DNA of 64,000 bases. Source: Blepharisma stoltei ATCC 30299 (taxonomy: Eukaryota > Protista > Ciliophora). The notes under the pieces are model-generated. The model made no database searches and had not been told where the DNA came from. It was given only the letters and a program-made list of their open reading frames with translations. Shown piece by piece: positions 22,576 through 34,946 of the stretch. Made by a program: the position numbers and the translations under genes. Numbering within the stretch: the first letter of the stretch is position 1; the number at the start of each line of letters is the position of its first letter. The stretch lies in assembly GCA_965603825.1 (NCBI GenBank), contig CBFDEM010000046.1, positions 1 to 64,000 on the forward strand, given 5' to 3'.

Positions 22576-25500
22576 ATGCTCTATTCATGGAAAAAAGCCT
22601 TAAAGCTGCAAGCTTCCTTTTTAGCCTTCTTTGTAGCAATCATTCTCTTTTGGATGCTCGCTATTTATGTTGATGTGCAATCAATTTCAGATACTGAAGA
22701 AAATGCTGCCGAAGAGCCAGTTTCTTCTGAGTTCTTACAATTCTCGAATCCAGACCGGCGCGAAAAGACTTCTCCAGAAATTTCTTTTGATGGAAATCAA
22801 AACAAAACTGAAAATTCTGAAAATGTTTATGCCGAACTCATTCAAAATTTCAACTCCACTTTTAATAAAACCTCACAGGAAATCGAGTCATCAAGTCCAA
22901 ATATGCAAGAGCATAGCCAAAATAATATAGAAGAAAACAGAGAAAAGGAAGCATCTAAAGGTAACGATTTTTTAAGCAATAAGCTTATGAACATATCTTC
23001 CAGTCAAATGATAAATAAAAGTTCATCTACTGAGGAAGAGAATATGAAAAGCCAAAATACCGAGACTAACAAATCATCAGAATTCGATTATTCAGGGCTT
23101 GCTGAAGCTGCTGAAAAAAATGAAACGCAAAGTTTGAGCAATTTTAATACTTCAGACCATTTTAATTTTCAAAACAATTCTGCAGTTATAGGCATAGAAG
23201 ATAATGAAGAAAAAAAATTATTGAATAAAACAAAAAATAATGCTGGGATAGCTGACAGCAAAGACAATAATGCTACATCTTTAAGTGTCCTGGCAGATAT
23301 AGCTGAAGTTAATAGTATGACTTCTTTTAATTCCAGTCTTCCTTTGAAAAATGAATTCTCAGAAATTCAAAAGGATACGAGCCCTTATAGCATTTCGCAG
23401 CCAGATGCATCTTTGAGTGAAAATAAGCAAGAAGAGCCAGATGAAACGCACATTGAAATTACATCAGAGCAGCTTTCACCAGGTGCTATCATCAAAAACC
23501 CAGAAATTAAGTGTAAGCCACATATTCTTGGACTCACAAAAAAGCAGGCTTCAACTATTTTTAGGTTTAATAAAAGAAAATTTTCCTGCGGAGATGACTA
23601 TGATATTTTCTCTTACAAAGATAATGCAATAAGAATGGACTGCGCTTTTCATGGAAAAGCAGAATTTAGCTTGGGAAGCCTTCCAGAAGTAGAAACCATT
23701 GGATCTGCTCCAAGCAGCCAAAGTTGACATGAATACAGCTCTCCTACGGATACAGGAGGCTCTGAGTTTGGATTTGCAAAATGCGGGGAATCCAAAAAAC
23801 AAGCTTTTCTCCATAACAAGTTTTCTGAGAGTGCCTCACGCAGGGCTCAAGAAAAGAGAAAATCCATAGAAAGCAGCTTAAATCTCACGTCTTCTAAGCC
23901 TTTGACAGTCTTAACTGTTGTCTTTGATTCAGTGTCTAGACAACACTTCTATCGCATTCTAACAAAAACGGTAGATTATATGAACCAAAACATTGCCAAA
24001 GGCAAATTTTCTAAAGAATTTGCTATATATGATTTCAAAATTGAGCACGCAAGCGGCGAAAACACATTGCCTAATGTCGTTCCTCTTCTCCTTGGAGAAT
24101 CATATGACAACCACAAAGATAAGGTAAGAGGTAGCTCCCTATCAAATTCCGAAAGATTCAAAAGCATTCAGCAAGAGCACTCTATATGAAAGCACTTTGA
24201 AGATCAAGGCTTTGTGACCATGTTCGGATGGGAAACCAAATGGGATTATTTATCCAAAATGGTAGGCAGAAAGGTTTGAACTGATCACGTGGTTAGTCGG
24301 CTTTATTTTGCCGCTGCCAATCTATTTGGGTTTGCTGAAGAGAGCGACAGAGAGCGGTGCATTGGCAATCATTTCCAGCATCAATACCTCTTGAACTACA
24401 CCAAAGAGTTCATTAGGAATTACAAAGATCACAACAAGTATGCATATACACATTTTAGCTCTGGGCATGAAAAGACTGGGTCTGTTATCAGAACTATGGA
24501 TTCTGACTTAGCAAGCTATATAAATGATATTTTAGAGTATTATTCACAAAATGAGGAAGATTTAGTTTTAATTTTGACTTCTGATCATGGATTGCATGTA
24601 GGCCCTTGGGATACATATGAAGGAGGCAAAATTGAAAATTTGTTGCCCTACTCATTTTACATATTAAATAAAGAGCTTATAAAAAAACTTGGGAAAAATA
24701 CTCATGAGACTCTTACCCATAACGCTGAGCATATAACTAGTAAATATGACATGCACGTCTCATTAAAATATCTTGCATACACTCCATATCAGAAACACAT
24801 CAAAGACACTCCTCTCTATAACAGCCTTAAAAGCAAGCCGCTGCTTAAAAAAGCAGTTTCAGTGTTTATTGAAAAAATTCCTGACAATAGGACATGTGGT
24901 GACATAGGAAACCCTAACTATTGGTGTGCCTGTCGTAATTTTGAAGATAAAAGCGTCACAGACTATGAAGAATTGGCAGAGAGTGTTGGGCAGCTTGGGA
25001 TCTCGCAAATCAATGAGAGAGTCGCAAGAGATAAAATGCAGTATTCTTGTGCCTCGCTAGAGCTTGGCAAGGTCATTGGCATAAAGCATGAGCCAATACC
25101 TGGACTCTCATATTTATACAGTGGGATCTACAGCCTTAACGTTACGATAAAAGAGCACCTAGGCTATATTTTTACTATTCAAGCCATCGCAGTCCCTGAA
25201 TGGGAATATGGGAAATATTCTAGGAGCCCATTTGAAGGCGAAATTTTTAAGATGTCTGATATAAAATTTAAAGACCAACAATTGAGGATACAAGTGCAAA
25301 GTATAGTAAGGGCTGATGAAAATAATGATTATTGCATAGAGCTTGGGAAAGGGCTTATAGGGGGGAAAATTTCCTACTGTGTATGCAAAACACCTAAAGA
25401 CTATGAAATTGCTCCAAAAACAGGACATTCTGAGAAGAAATTTTATGAAAACGTTATGAAATTGGTTTATCCAACTATAGGAAAGGAAGGGACCTCATGT

Positions 25501-25812
25501 GATGAGACCTGCAAAACAAAAGACCGAGACTGCCAAGAGTGGGGGTTACAAATTATGAATAATTTTGATCTTTTAAGTCAACAGTGAAATGGTGGAGTAA
25601 GTACATATTCAATTGCTATGGACGGCGGATTTAAAGACTTCAAGAAATTACAAATAATGGGGGTGGACAGAGGAGAAATGCCTGGGTTGAGAAAAATAAA
25701 TAAAGAAACTAGGTTTGTACAAGGAAACTGGACTGATCTTTATTGCGATTCTAAAATTTCAGACATAAGACCAATTTGCTCGTGCTCACGCCATCAAGTT
25801 GAATTGAGGTAA
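22576..25812 (+). CDS. DUF229-type type II membrane protein, paralogue 2, 1078 aa
   Basis: Four in-frame TGA codons (23725, 24187, 24277, 25585). Same motifs as paralogue 1; tandem duplicate. Confidence 0.85.
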
Positions 25813-26051
25813 AATAATATATAAACTTTTTTGCAAAGGAAACATAAATGATAAGATAAATTCTTTATTTTTTGTAATATAACTATCTATGCTTGATTAG
25901 TCAGCAACTCACACAAGACTAACAATTTTTTTATAAAAGATTATAATTACTAATTTTCTTAAATGGTTTTATGAAAAAGTATGAATTTACATAAATAATT
26001 ACTGAGTTTTTAATAGTTCATCAACAAAAACCAACTTATTAAGATAACTAA

Positions 26052-26649
26052 ATGGAAGGGAGGAGTGAATACGACTACCTTTTCAAATTAGTAATTGCTG
26101 GTGACTCTGGGGTTGGGAAATCATGCTTATTGATTCGTTTTTCATATGACTCTTTCACAGAGAGCTACATCACAACAGTTGTGTCGATTTCAAAGTCAGA
26201 ACTTTAGACTTAGGAGAGACCTCAGTTAAATTAAAGATTTGGGATACAGCAGGGCAAGAGCGATTTCGCAATATTGCAACTACCTATTATAGAGACGCTG
26301 ATGGATTCATGATAGTTTTTGACAAAACAGACCGTGATTCCTTTCAAAATACAGATGGGTGGATGGATGAAGTTAATCGTCACGCAAATGAGCACGCCAT
26401 CAAGATGCTGGTGGAAACAAATCAGATCTGTGCAATCGTGATCAGATTACTATAGAAGAAGCTGAAGAGAAAGCCAAGAGATATGGCATCCCATACATTG
26501 AAAAAAGTTCAAAGATCTCGTACCATGTCGATTTAGCTTTCACGACGATTGCTAGAGAATTAATAAAGCAAAGACAAGCGTTTGGAACCCCTCTCGTCTC
26601 TGAGCCTGCTCAAAAGGTCAGTTTGGCAACAGAGATAGAAATGCAATAA
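26052..26649 (+). pseudogene. RAB1: Rab1-like small GTPase with two 1-nt deletions and no C-terminal Cys motif
   Basis: [30 protein letters not shown]...WDTAGQERFR...NKSD. Frameshifts at ~26181 (TV[G]VDF) and ~26413 (LV[G]NKSD), ETSAK changed to EKSSK, and a TAA before any CC. Confidence 0.85.
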
Positions 26650-27112
26650 ACCATAACTGATACTGATAATTCTTATAGTTCTTTTAAATTATACTTTTAG
26701 AGCTCTTTTTGATACCTCTCTACTCTGCCGCTCCTTTTCAAAATAAGGCTCTTGCTCAGGTTGTCTAATTTCTTTCATCCTTTTCAGATCATCTTTAAAA
26801 TTTCATTAGAGCTTGCTTCTGAAAATTCTATTGTGAGGGCAACCTTATTTCCGCATATAACACAAGAATTCGCTTAAAGGCTTTTTATAGTTGTCTTTCT
26901 CTTATTTTAATATTAATGGTATTTTTATAAATTATTTAGTCTTCTTTTTACAATTATTTAAGCTTTACAAATAATTTTTTTTAAAGTTTAATTAACTTAT
27001 TTTTGAATATTCTACGTAGCCTACTCCCGCTCTTTTTTTCCTATTGCTTTTTTATTTTTTTAAGCTTAGTAATTGGATAACATAAGCAGCGAAAATTGTT
27101 AATTAGTTTGAA

Positions 27113-27814
27113 TTATTTTTCATCAAAAGTTTCACTATAAGCAGCTCCTTCTAGAGACAGAAGCTTATCAATGAATTCTTTTGTAAATTGCTCATATTTT
27201 TCATCTCATCCGTGCAGTTCATTAAACTTCACAGTTTTCAAAGCACCTTTCTCTTGCTTTTCTGTTTTATCAAGAATCATGCCAAATTCTTTATCGTTCT
27301 CATAATATTTTTCTTCTTCTAGCTCGGCTTCTGATTCATTTTTATGATATCTTAAAGTGTGTTGGGATGAATTAAGTGGCATTATTGAATTGTTTTTCGA
27401 AATTTCATCAATACTTTCATCAAAATTGCAATTTTCTAAATCTATTTCATCATTTATTGTCAGTATTTTTTCTTTTAGGGTGGGATAATTATCTGTGTTT
27501 AGTTCTTTGCTTTCGGGTTCTAACTCAATTTTTTGGCACTGTAAATGCTCAAATAGAGATTTTGGTATTTTTCTTGCTTTAAAGATCGGTCTATCCACAA
27601 TTTCTTCTTCTCTATTAAGAAGTCTGATGCAGCTTCTAATTTCAGTCATAAAGAAAAAGGGTTCAGGGATTGTAGCTTTCTTTGAATGAGATTTAAAAAT
27701 ATTGCCATTTGGAGCAGCTTTAAGCATTTTATTTCTATTAGTTTCTTCGAAATCATTGATAATTGGCGCAGAAGACTTTCGCTTGTGGAAAAATTGAGAA
27801 AAGTCTTTTTGCAT
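27113..27814 (-). CDS. Hypothetical 233-aa protein with a TPX2/FAM161-like microtubule-binding motif
   Basis: The track ORF ends at TGA 27206 and reads through to TAA 27113-27115. Motif TIPEPFFFMTEIR...FKARKIP. Confidence 0.65.
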
Positions 27815-28292
27815 GTTTATTTAATTTATCTAAAATCTTAATTGAATTTTGTTTTCAATTTTATTTCAAATATTTATATATTATTCGCATAGATTCAAAA
27901 CCTAATAATTTTGATTGTTATAATCAAGAGAAGTGTTGATCGGCAAAATTTAAAATAAATCAGCCACTATAAAAATGGTATTGCGAATTCCAATACAATT
28001 TATGCGCTATTTTAAAACCATAATAGATTAAAATCAAACCTTTAAACATATAATATAGCCAATAGGATCTGATGCCAGAAACGCAAAGCAATTGAGCAAA
28101 ACTGCTACTGCATCAGTATAATAATTCATGGCTAGAATATTACATTTAGCCAAATTTTTTTATAAAAGTTAAAACCTTTGAATATTTTCAAACATAAAAA
28201 AGAGCGAATTTCACGTTTTTAGAACTTCGTAATTATTTAGTTAAACCTTTCTATCTGTTGATTTCTCAACAGAATATGGCGAATTTAATAAA

Positions 28293-29198
28293 ATGAAGCT
28301 TTTCTTACTTACAGCTTTAGTTGCTCTTGCTTTGTCAGGGCCAGCTATTGTCCGTGACCCATCATCTCCTATTTTAACTCAAGAAGACATCGACTTCATC
28401 AACCAAAACCAAGATTCATGGACAGCCTCACTCGATTGGGTTGGCTCAATGACCTACGAAGAAGCCCAAAAATACGCTTCCACTGAAATCAAGCCAAGAG
28501 AGTTTCCAGAATACAACTGGGGAGCCATCCTCGATAACTTCCAAGCCCCAGCAAGCTTCGACTCAAGGAATCAGTGGCCATCTTGCATTCATCCAATTCT
28601 TAACCAAGAACAATGCGGCTCATGCTGGGCTTTTGGAGCCACTGAAGCCCTTTCAGACAGACTTTGCATCGGTTCTAAAGGATCAATTAACGTCGTCCTT
28701 TCTCCTCAATATTTAGTTGACTGCGACCATCTGAACTTAGGATGCAATGGAGGCAACCCAGACCTTGCTTGGAGCTTCATGAAATCCAAAGGAGTGCCTG
28801 CATATTCTTGTGTTTCATACACAGGCGCTAATGGAAAATGCCCATCCACTTGTGATGACGGATCTGAATTCCAATTCTACAAAGCTGCAAGTGTTAATAC
28901 TTACAGTGGACCATCTTCAATCCAAGCTGCTATTCTGGCTGGAGGTCCAGTAGAAACAGGATTTTCCGTTTATCAAGATTTTATGTCTTACAGTGGTGGT
29001 ATTTATAAGCATACGACTGGAGACTATCTTGGAGGGCATGCTGTAAAAATTATTGGATGGGGTAACCAAAATGGAACAAATTACTGGATTTGCGCAAACT
29101 CGTGGGGAACTAGCTGGGGTCTACAAGGATTCTTCTGGATTGCCTTTGGACAATGTGGAATTGATAGTCAAGCTGTTGCAGGAAGCCCTTCAGTTTAA
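28293..29198 (+). CDS. Cathepsin B-like papain-family (C1A) cysteine protease preproenzyme
   Basis: Signal peptide, QEQCGSCWAF (catalytic Cys), GGHAVKIIGWG (His), ANSWG (Asn), GCNGG. Confidence 0.95.
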   Translation: MKLFLLTALVALALSGPAIVRDPSSPILTQEDIDFINQNQDSWTASLDWVGSMTYEEAQKYASTEIKPREFPEYNWGAILDNFQAPASFDSRNQWPSCIHPILNQEQCGSCWAFGATEALSDRLCIGSKGSINVVLSPQYLVDCDHLNLGCNGGNPDLAWSFMKSKGVPAYSCVSYTGANGKCPSTCDDGSEFQFYKAASVNTYSGPSSIQAAILAGGPVETGFSVYQDFMSYSGGIYKHTTGDYLGGHAVKIIGWGNQNGTNYWICANSWGTSWGLQGFFWIAFGQCGIDSQAVAGSPSV

Positions 29199-30078
29199 GA
29201 TAACAAATATTCATTTTTATATGTTCAAGTTAATTTAAATTCTATTTAAAATAATTAGTTTTTAGATATCGTAACAGGTAATATCAATTGCAAAAGTTAT
29301 TAAATAGGCTTTATACAAAGCAAATGGTCAGATGTATCTGTTACCATATTTATAGTTCAAGCCAGAATTTTAACTTATTAAATCAGTATGAGATTCATAT
29401 TCATAAAACGGCATCAATATACTAATGGAATGTGCTCAAAAATTAATAATAAAACAAAGAATAATAAAAATTATATAATTTAAGATGAATATTCTTAATT
29501 AAAAGATACAAATACAGATAAAAGCTAATGCATTATGTAATTTTAATATAAGTTGAATTATAGTTTTCAGAATCTGTTATATGGCAAAACAGTTCTTTGT
29601 AATAGATATAAATATTATTACTCTCAAGACGAGATTGAAATTTGCATAGGTTATTACCTTGTGAATAATTATTACTACTAGTCTTTTAGCACTGTGAACC
29701 TGCATTCAGCTCTTTCGTAAAATGCTGTATGTGAATAGCCAGTTAATTTTTAAGGACCTATCAATCTCAATTTAATGCTAAGCTCAGCACTATTAATTTT
29801 AGCACAGCTTTCCTATTGTTTTGTAATACTTATTTTGATAGAAAAGGAAACGGAATTATTTAAAAATGCAGGCTTAAATTCGAAATTTAAAAGAATAAGC
29901 GAAGATTTATAATAGCCTGAAAAAGTCTTTCTTAAAAGAAATATCGAAAACACCCGTTTTAAGAAAAATTAATAAAATAAAAACTAAAATCCTTTTAAAC
30001 TTTAAAGCATAAAATTGATGCATAAATCTAAAAGGAAGAGAGTTATTATATGGTTTTCCAATAATATATTTTTTAACT

Positions 30079-32717
30079 ATGGAGACCAAGAATTGCTTTA
30101 AGCAGAGCTGTAAGCATGAAGCTGAATATGTATGCAAATCCAATACTCCTGAATCTTATTTATGCAAAAGACACTTCGAGGAGTATGCTTCGAGCAATAG
30201 AGATCATAATTTTGAGCCCCTTTACTTACAGCCAGCTGAAGGGACAAGAGAGGCAATCATTAATATTCTTGAGAAAACAAAGCACAAGCAAGAAAGTTAA
30301 AGAAAAAGTATATAGATTCCTTCAGTAATTCAAAAAAAAATTTAAAAGATATCTTGGAAGCATTGGATTGCGATTCATTAAAAATAAGCAACTGCATCGA
30401 GCTGATTTCTCAGGCTCGAAAAATATCAAAATTGGAGAAAGACCCAATTTTAAAGCTGCTGACCTTACGCCCTGAAAAAGCTATTAGAAAAGCGAAAAAG
30501 ATATTTTCAGCTGAATCAGAGCCATTTAGCAGCATAAAATTATTTGCTGGAATGAGCAAAGAAATTGAGAAAATTATTGAAAGCTTCATCCAAGACAAAA
30601 TCGAAACTTTTCTAGACCAAAGACTCCTAAAAATAGAAAAAAGTTTAGAAGAGCATGATAAAATTATCAATTTGGAGAATGATCGGTTTGAAAAGGTAAA
30701 AGATTCTTTGTCAAGCCTGAAAAAGGAGCATAAAAAGAGTATAAGAAAATTGAAAACTGGAGACAAGAGACAGAACTTAAAACGGAAAACGAAATGAGTT
30801 CATTTATGACTCAATTTCGTAGTATTACTGAAGATCTTGATAAAAAAATATCGAGTATCAAATTATCAATGCAAGCCACCAATAATATTACTCCAAATAT
30901 AGAAAATAGCTTATTAAATACTCAAGAAATAATGGATAAAAACAAAATTTATTCGATAAAGGAAATACCATTGAAGTAGAGCAAGATTTCAGAAGAATTT
31001 GCTCAATATATGAAAACCGCCCTTCAGATCCCTCACTAGTTCAAGCTTATCAAGATTATAGCACTGCTCATGCGAGATTGACTTATCTTTATTATTACGG
31101 CTCTTCTACAGAAGAAGAGCCTTTTAGCAGCGATACTGCTTTATACATTTATGATACTGAAAACGAAAGAGAATTTAAGACAGAATTACTTCTTCACTCA
31201 TGAGAGAGCAAAATGTTTTCTAGTCACAAAAGACTTATTTTTTCAAATATTAAAAAATGTTTTAAATTTGATAGTATAGATGCGATTTAACTATAAAATT
31301 AACGTTTATAAAACTCAATCTTCAAAATTATAAATTAGCAAGAGATTTAAAGAGATTAGTTTGAATTTTTTTTAATATATTAATTCGTTCACGGATGGTC
31401 AAGCTTAAAATACCACACCCTTGACTACAGCCCTACCTCATCTGCATTCTGCCTATCATTGGATGTATTAAATATTAAATATCTGTTGCTTATATGTAAA
31501 TTTAAGGTCGAACCATGATTTGCAGTAGATTTATTATATGTCTTATACTTATAAGTATCGCTTTAATAGCTTATATATCTCTAGTACATTTTAATTGGCT
31601 TGCTTAATGTAAGAAGATAAGATATTTTTAGTTCAATCAAAAAATCAGTTTAATAATCCCAAAAGGAACTTTACGTAATAATAGATTAGCAAATAGCATA
31701 AATGGCTGTATGAGAGATGAGAAATGAGAAATGAGGATGAGAGAGATAGGACACGACTTCGTTTAAAAATTGCATATTTAATTAATAATAATTTCTGCCT
31801 TTGATAATATTTTTACTAATTACTGCTATACGATCTATACTTATTAATTTTCTAAATTTTTTTTATTAATATATAAATGGCGTTATGCGTTTATTAATCA
31901 ACTTATTTTTATTATAAATTTCTAATTGCATGACAAATTATGTAATAAATACAATAATTTAATTCATTAGTTCTATATTAATATTAATTACCTAAGTTCA
32001 ATGACTAAATACATATATGTGGGTGGGGTGGATTTTATGTTTGACGAAACGGAGAACGAAGAAGTTAAGAACACCCCTGTCAAGTGATATCTGCATAGTT
32101 CCGATTCCAAATTGTGGGTTATTTTGTTATGACAATTCAAAATCCTCCCCTGTTTCATTTCTAATTCTTGGCGATTGAACGGTTCGTAGACTGCCACAAG
32201 GAACTTCTTCTAATTATTCATCAGCTGTCTTTTTAATTGGAGTGTTTATTGCTTTGGAGGAAAAATTAAAGATAATCCCATAGCTGTATCAGAAAGGTAT
32301 GATATGGAAAAAAATATATGGGCTGAATTAAAGCCTATGCCATGGTCTGATGATTCCTGCCATGCTGTGATGTATAATGGAGGTATTTTTATTTCTGGAT
32401 ATGAGAAACAAAATCTTTTGCGATACTCAATTGATACCGAAACTTTAAGGGTAATTCCTTTCCAATTTGGGGAAAAGAAAAGAAAGATCTTGATAAATTT
32501 AGATAGGTTGTACGTAATTGAAAGTTTTAATGGATTTATCTACGAAAGCCAAATTGGAGATGAGTTTATGTGGAAAAAGATAGGTAGATCGATACTCGGG
32601 CGCTTTTGCAGACAAGTTTATTGATCGTATAACAAAGGTGCGATATACATAAAAACATCTTCAAAGGCGAACTATAGATTTATATTGAATCAAAACACTA
32701 TGTCTCAGCTTTTGTAG
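30079..32717 (+). pseudogene. Cys/His-motif + coiled-coil + Kelch-repeat gene, frameshifted and split by an 876-bp insertion
   Basis: N-terminal CFKQSC..YVC..LCKRH, a coiled coil, then Kelch blades (SVYCFGG..SERYDMEKNIWAELKPMP; IFISG). Frameshifts near 30295, 30765, 30950 and 32233. TAG at 32715-32717 after TGA readthrough. Confidence 0.8.
31189..32064. mobile_element. IES/MITE-like insertion: TTA direct repeats (31186-31188, 32065-32067) enclosing terminal inverted repeats CTTCTTC...GAAGAAG
   Basis: AT-rich non-coding block. Excision leaving one TTA gives continuous EFKTEL|RTPLSSDICIVPIPN in the host gene. Confidence 0.75.
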
Positions 32718-34007
32718 GAAAAATAGAAAGTAGATATAATAATATTTCTTAGAATAATTAGGTTACATTTATAATGCTTATTTATTTTATTTTTCATCAG
32801 ACGAATATATAAAAATACTGATTTGGATTATTAATAAGTCCATTTTGATTTAAACTTTGAGATTCATAGGGTATCTAATTTTATTTGGTATAAAGTGAAT
32901 TTATTAGCCAAGTGATTAAATTGCCTAGATCCTGGAGAGCATGGTTTCCTTAATTGTAAAACAAGCAGCACTTAAAAATATTATTGAAGAAAATAATGAA
33001 TTAATTATATGTCAAAATAGCCATACAAATCATCCTCCAGGTGAGCGATTCAAGTGTGGCCTTAGAATGAAGAAGGGCTTAAATGAGGCTTAATTCATTG
33101 CGATATTAGAATAAAAAAATATAAAAGAGAATGATATAATTTACTCAGACACGTTCTATCAAGAAACCATTAGTAACTTTTCATTAATAACAAAAAGGAA
33201 AATATCAATTAAATTTTTTGAAGTTTTAATTAAAAGCAGTTCTATTTATCACAACTGCACAAACAGCAACTTATAAAGTTAATCTGGGAAGATTATTTAC
33301 TCCCCTCATTCTTGATCAAAAATCAATTTAATCAATAGTAGATTAAAAATTCTGGAAAATTAATTATTATTTACTGCTAAATTTATATTAAAATTGTTTC
33401 TAATAAAATAATCATTCGCTAGTAACAAGATAACATGCACCATATTATAAATTGCTTATAATTGCATAAATGATTTTAAACTAATATCTACAAGATTCAT
33501 TATTATTAAATATATGCAGTTTGATTTGAGCGCATGCAGAAGAGTTTAAAATATGAAATTCATTTCAATAAAGCATGAAGAGCAGGACTATATCATTTTT
33601 AAGGTTTTCATATAGCCATTTTGTAAACTATTTTATAGAAACAACTTTGTTTTGAAATATGGCTAGTGATTTTATTTAAGGTTAATACTTAAAATATCTA
33701 ATGATGTATTAAGAAAATTAGAAATCATTGTTTTGTGGCCAAATAGCTATATAGTGTCTGCATTCGCTGCCTCCCTTGCTATAAAGACTGCTCAAGATGG
33801 TGACATCAATAGATTAATGGCTTTAGTGGATAATGATTAAGATCTTAATATTAGCAGTATCTCTCAATTAAAGGTAAAATCTAAATAAGTAAGGGAAAAA
33901 TCTATAAATAAGTGCTTATTCTGCAAGCAAGGCATTTTTAAAGTAACCGAATCCATTTAAAGATATCTATTTTCCATTTCTGTAGAATTATATAAATTTA
34001 TTAGGAG

Positions 34008-34946
34008 ATGTCTAATATAGACCAAAGCGTTGAATTTCAAACTGAGCCCTTTTCAAGTATGGATGAAAAGCTATCCCAAACCTGCATAATAAATTTTGAA
34101 GAGTCAATTGAATACTCACCAAAAAATATTAATAAAACAAAAGGTTCTATCAGAAATTATCTTTTAGAGCTCAGAAATGAAAGCATAAAATTCAAAGAAA
34201 TGCTTATAATAAAACCAGAAAATATTGAAATTTGTTCGATTGAAGAATTCTCTGTTAAAGGTGATTCTTTATATTTTCCGATGAAAATTATTAAATTTTC
34301 GGGTGAGTTTTATTTTCTTAAGCCTATAAGAAGTGAAAAAAAAATATATGGAGTTCATTTAGAAGTTTATTATAGATCTAGACTTAGATATAGCAGCATC
34401 GCTAAATGCATCGGATATGTGAAATGAGAAAAATCAAAGTTTATAATTATTCAATACTTTTCGAAAACTCTTGACCAGTTCTTATCTGAGAACTTATCTA
34501 TTTGCGATAAAATCACATTAATTATCAGTTTAACAAAAGGTTTGCTATTTTTGCATATGAAAAATTGTGTCAACATGAATATTACGCCATGAAGCATTTT
34601 TGTCGATGAAGATAGAAATGCGTATTTTTTTGATTTAGAGTGTGTTATGAACCTCAATATGGAGCCTCAGAGCAGCTTGGTTTATAAAGAGCCAGAATTC
34701 TCTGCACCTGAAGCTTTGGATGGGAAGCGCAGTTTTGCATGTGATATTTATTCATTAGGATTACTATTTTATTATATATTGACAGGAGGACCATACAGTG
34801 AATATATCGGAATGGAGAATTTGCCAAATGGATTCGAGGATTTAATAAAAATTATGATAAATTCGAATCCAAATAAAAGGCCTGATGCTTATTATATTAT
34901 TGAAGAATTAGACAGAATTCTGATAGATATTAAGTCAAGCAGCTAA
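34008..34946 (+). CDS. Protein kinase-like protein, probable pseudokinase, 312 aa
   Basis: Two in-frame TGA codons join the track ORFs. KGLLFLH, FSAPE, DIYSLG and NPNKRP are retained, but HRDLKPEN reads NMNITPWS and DFG reads DLE. Confidence 0.75.

Noticed and set aside
19101-25812. Reading in-frame TGAs as selenocysteine or as pseudogene stops
   Set aside because: They align with TGG/Trp in paralogues and at conserved Trp positions; no SECIS was recognised.
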